Shown: positions 62,057 to 64,000 of the stretch, one piece after another
Layout of the letters: each line of letters begins with the position of its first letter
Position numbering within the stretch: position 1 is the stretch's first letter
DNA from: an uncultured Spirochaetota bacterium
Lineage (GTDB): Bacteria > Spirochaetota > UBA4802 > UBA5550
Length of the DNA stretch: 64,000 nucleotides
NCBI GenBank assembly: GCA_963827275.1
Contig: CAWHAA010000008.1
Location: forward strand, 96,001 to 160,000
Direction: 5' to 3'
Notes under the pieces: model-generated
The model's database searches: none
Seen by the model: the letters and a program-made list of their open reading frames with translations, nothing else
Told to the model about the DNA's origin: nothing
Made by a program: the position numbers and the translations under genes

Positions 62057-62998
62057 ATGAAAACAATAAATGAAAAGACTATTTTAGAAAGTGCTATCGA
62101 ATATCACAATTTGGGCTTCTCGGTGATTCCATGTTACCGTTTTGAAGGTTCAACAGATGAAGTAGAAAAGAAAAGACGGAAGCAGCCATGTATCAGTTGG
62201 ACCGTATATCAAAAGGAGCGAGCTTCATTAGCGCAGATAAGGGAATGGTTCGGTAATAATGATTATAACATTGGTGTCATACTCGGTACGATTTCTAACA
62301 ATCTAATTGCAATCGATTTCGACGAGCCTGACCAATTTGATCGTTGGTCTAATAGCTTCAAGCATTTACTTGATAAAACTCCTATTGTCCAAACCGGTAA
62401 ACCCTATGGGCGACATGTCTATTTCCGTTTAAAAAATGGAGTGCAGAAAAAAATCACCAACGCATTTTTCGAGGGACAAAGAATAGGTGAAATAAGGGGT
62501 GAAAAATGTCAAAATTTAATCGCACCCTCAATCCATCCTAACGATACCATCTATAAGATTATTACCCCTTTTGAAGTGGGCATAATCGAAATTGGAGACG
62601 TTTCGGAAATCGGTATTTACGAAGAAGCATCCGGTAAAAAGTCACGAAGAAACAAGGCGGAAGAGTATTTCATAAGCGACGCACCCGAATTTTATGGAAA
62701 AAAGAAAGATAAACCAACTTATGTAAAAAAACTCATTGATGCTCTTGAAGGTACTCCGGCTGGACAGCGGAATAGTGCGCTCAATACCGTTGCTTATAAG
62801 ATCGGACTTTTCGCTTCACAAAATGAAATAGACTCAACCAGCATAATTCATGAACTGGAAAACGCCGGACATTCCATCGGGTTGGATCATCATGAAGTTC
62901 TGCCCACTATTATTTACTTTCTAGGAATGTGCCCCCGCCTTAGAGTCGGCCCAGGTGACACAATGCTTTTTATCAGCAATTACTTCCTCTTAGATTAA
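62057..62998 (+). pseudogene. Bifunctional DNA primase/polymerase (prim-pol), truncated by the 126-bp element
   Basis: LGFSVIP, KQP, YNIGVILG..LIAIDFD, QTG..GRHVYF, APSIHP, GQRNSALN; last ~27 codons derive from the repeat. Confidence 0.8.
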
Positions 62999-63041
62999 GC
63001 CCCTCCAGCAGAAAAAGCGCTGGACAGGGGCTTAAAATTTA
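62916..63041. repeat. 126-bp element, copy 2
   Basis: Identical to 60625-60750. Confidence 0.9.
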
Positions 63042-63077
63042 CAATCAAGAAGTAAGCCCTGATAACGTGTCCCTTTT

Positions 63078-63170
63078 ACCGTGGCCGGGAAGGATGATTC
63101 GTGAGCGATAACCCGGAGGCCGGTATCCGGCTCATCCGGCCGTCACCGGGATCACGGGCGGGGGGATGGA
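63078..63170. repeat. Repeat family B, copy 2
   Basis: Reverse complement closely matches 61215-61300. Confidence 0.85.
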
Positions 63171-63284
63171 TGTCTCAAATTATGTGGGCCATTCATCTAC
63201 TTCAATTACTGCGGACATGTACGTCCATGATCAATTGAAGGTGGAGGATGTGTTTTGAGTCGCCCTGCGGGGCTTTTTGCAGGG

Positions 63285-63728
63285 CTACCGCCCTGCACCT
63301 GGTGAAGATATTAAGTTATTTATTCTATCAACTAATTTTTTTTGAAGAAAAAAACAAACAATAAGAATAATTAAATATGCAATAAGTAAATAATTCAATT
63401 TAGTAATTATAAAAATAAAAACATTGATCACCAATAACAACCAACAATAAAAAAATCCTGATTTAACAATCAATAAAATTATATCTCTGACACAATTTTT
63501 ACCCTTAATATTTTTAGGAACTTGAATAAAAGTGTGATATAAATCTATTATTACAAATAATAATATAAATACTGCAACAGCTCTTGCTTCAAATCCTTCC
63601 ATAGAATACCCAGAAGCTGTTTTCAACTTACCATCGAGCAATATCCAAATATTAACACTACTTAAAAACGGGAATAAATAGAATCCAATATAATTTATAT
63701 CCGATATATTTTGATTATTTTTTTTCAT
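63285..63728 (-). CDS. AT-rich 4-TM membrane protein, candidate immunity protein
   Basis: Hydrophobic segments; follows an ORF tail that runs off the window end. Confidence 0.55.
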   Translation of the reverse strand: MKKNNQNISDINYIGFYLFPFLSSVNIWILLDGKLKTASGYSMEGFEARAVAVFILLFVIIDLYHTFIQVPKNIKGKNCVRDIILLIVKSGFFYCWLLLVINVFIFIITKLNYLLIAYLIILIVCFFLQKKLVDRINNLISSPGAGR

Positions 63729-64000
63729 TTTTATTACTTAGAATATTACTAACAGCATCTTTTATATTACTGATATTATCCAGCACTTTCCCCAATCCAA
63801 TACCTGTTAGTATTCCATAGGCTTCACTTTTTGATGAAGCTGTAGCAGTACCAGTCGGAAGACCTTGCAAAACACCTTTTCCAAAATCAATTTTCGAATT
63901 ATGATTCGGAATCTTGGTTGCTAAATTTGTAGTTTTCTCATTGATAGTTTTGGATATTTCTTTACTAATTGCTTTTGCCTCAGTTGCACCACCTGTTCTT
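63725..64000 (-). CDS. 3' end of a gene entering from outside the window, possible polymorphic-toxin C-terminus
   Basis: Open frame RTGGATEAKAISKEISK...DFGKGVLQGLPTG...YGILTGIGLGK; one added base would continue VLDNISNIKDAVSNILVIK* into an ATGA overlap with the next gene. Confidence 0.45.

Noticed and set aside
58089..63170. Integron attC array or CRISPR array
   Set aside because: No RYYYAAC/GTTRRRY ends, no integrase or cas genes, irregular spacing and mixed orientation.

Overview
High-GC chromosomal segment of a spirochaete related to the Leptospira lineage (two Leptospira-type flaB genes), probably an environmental anaerobe given its DsrE/TusA/DsrMK-like and superoxide-reductase-like genes. 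About 1-57.7 kb is mostly core genes: mlaD, radA, glpQ, aconitase, flaB x2, pstS, suhB, xseAB, MCP, lspA, ileS, recD, hbd, alpha-2-macroglobulin. Several carry single-base frameshifts that look like assembly errors. Three things stand out. (1) At 25.6-34.7 kb is a five-gene operon: 3xPilZ-LuxD-like thioesterase-SAM methyltransferase fusion, a degenerate AMP-binding enzyme, ACP, B12 radical SAM and a membrane-sensor HisKA-REC-HD-GYP hybrid. It reads as a c-di-GMP-gated lipid signal synthase plus cognate receptor, with an AT-rich, apparently swapped central cassette. (2) At 16.3-21.1 kb is a large lipoprotein whose C-terminal ~810 aa resembles the non-repeat region of pathogenic Leptospira LigB/LigC. 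(3) At 57.7-64 kb is an AT-rich accessory region with IS256, a truncated prim-pol replicon, orphan toxin-tip/immunity pairs and two families of palindromic repeats. All homology calls come from motif recognition and recall, with no database searches.
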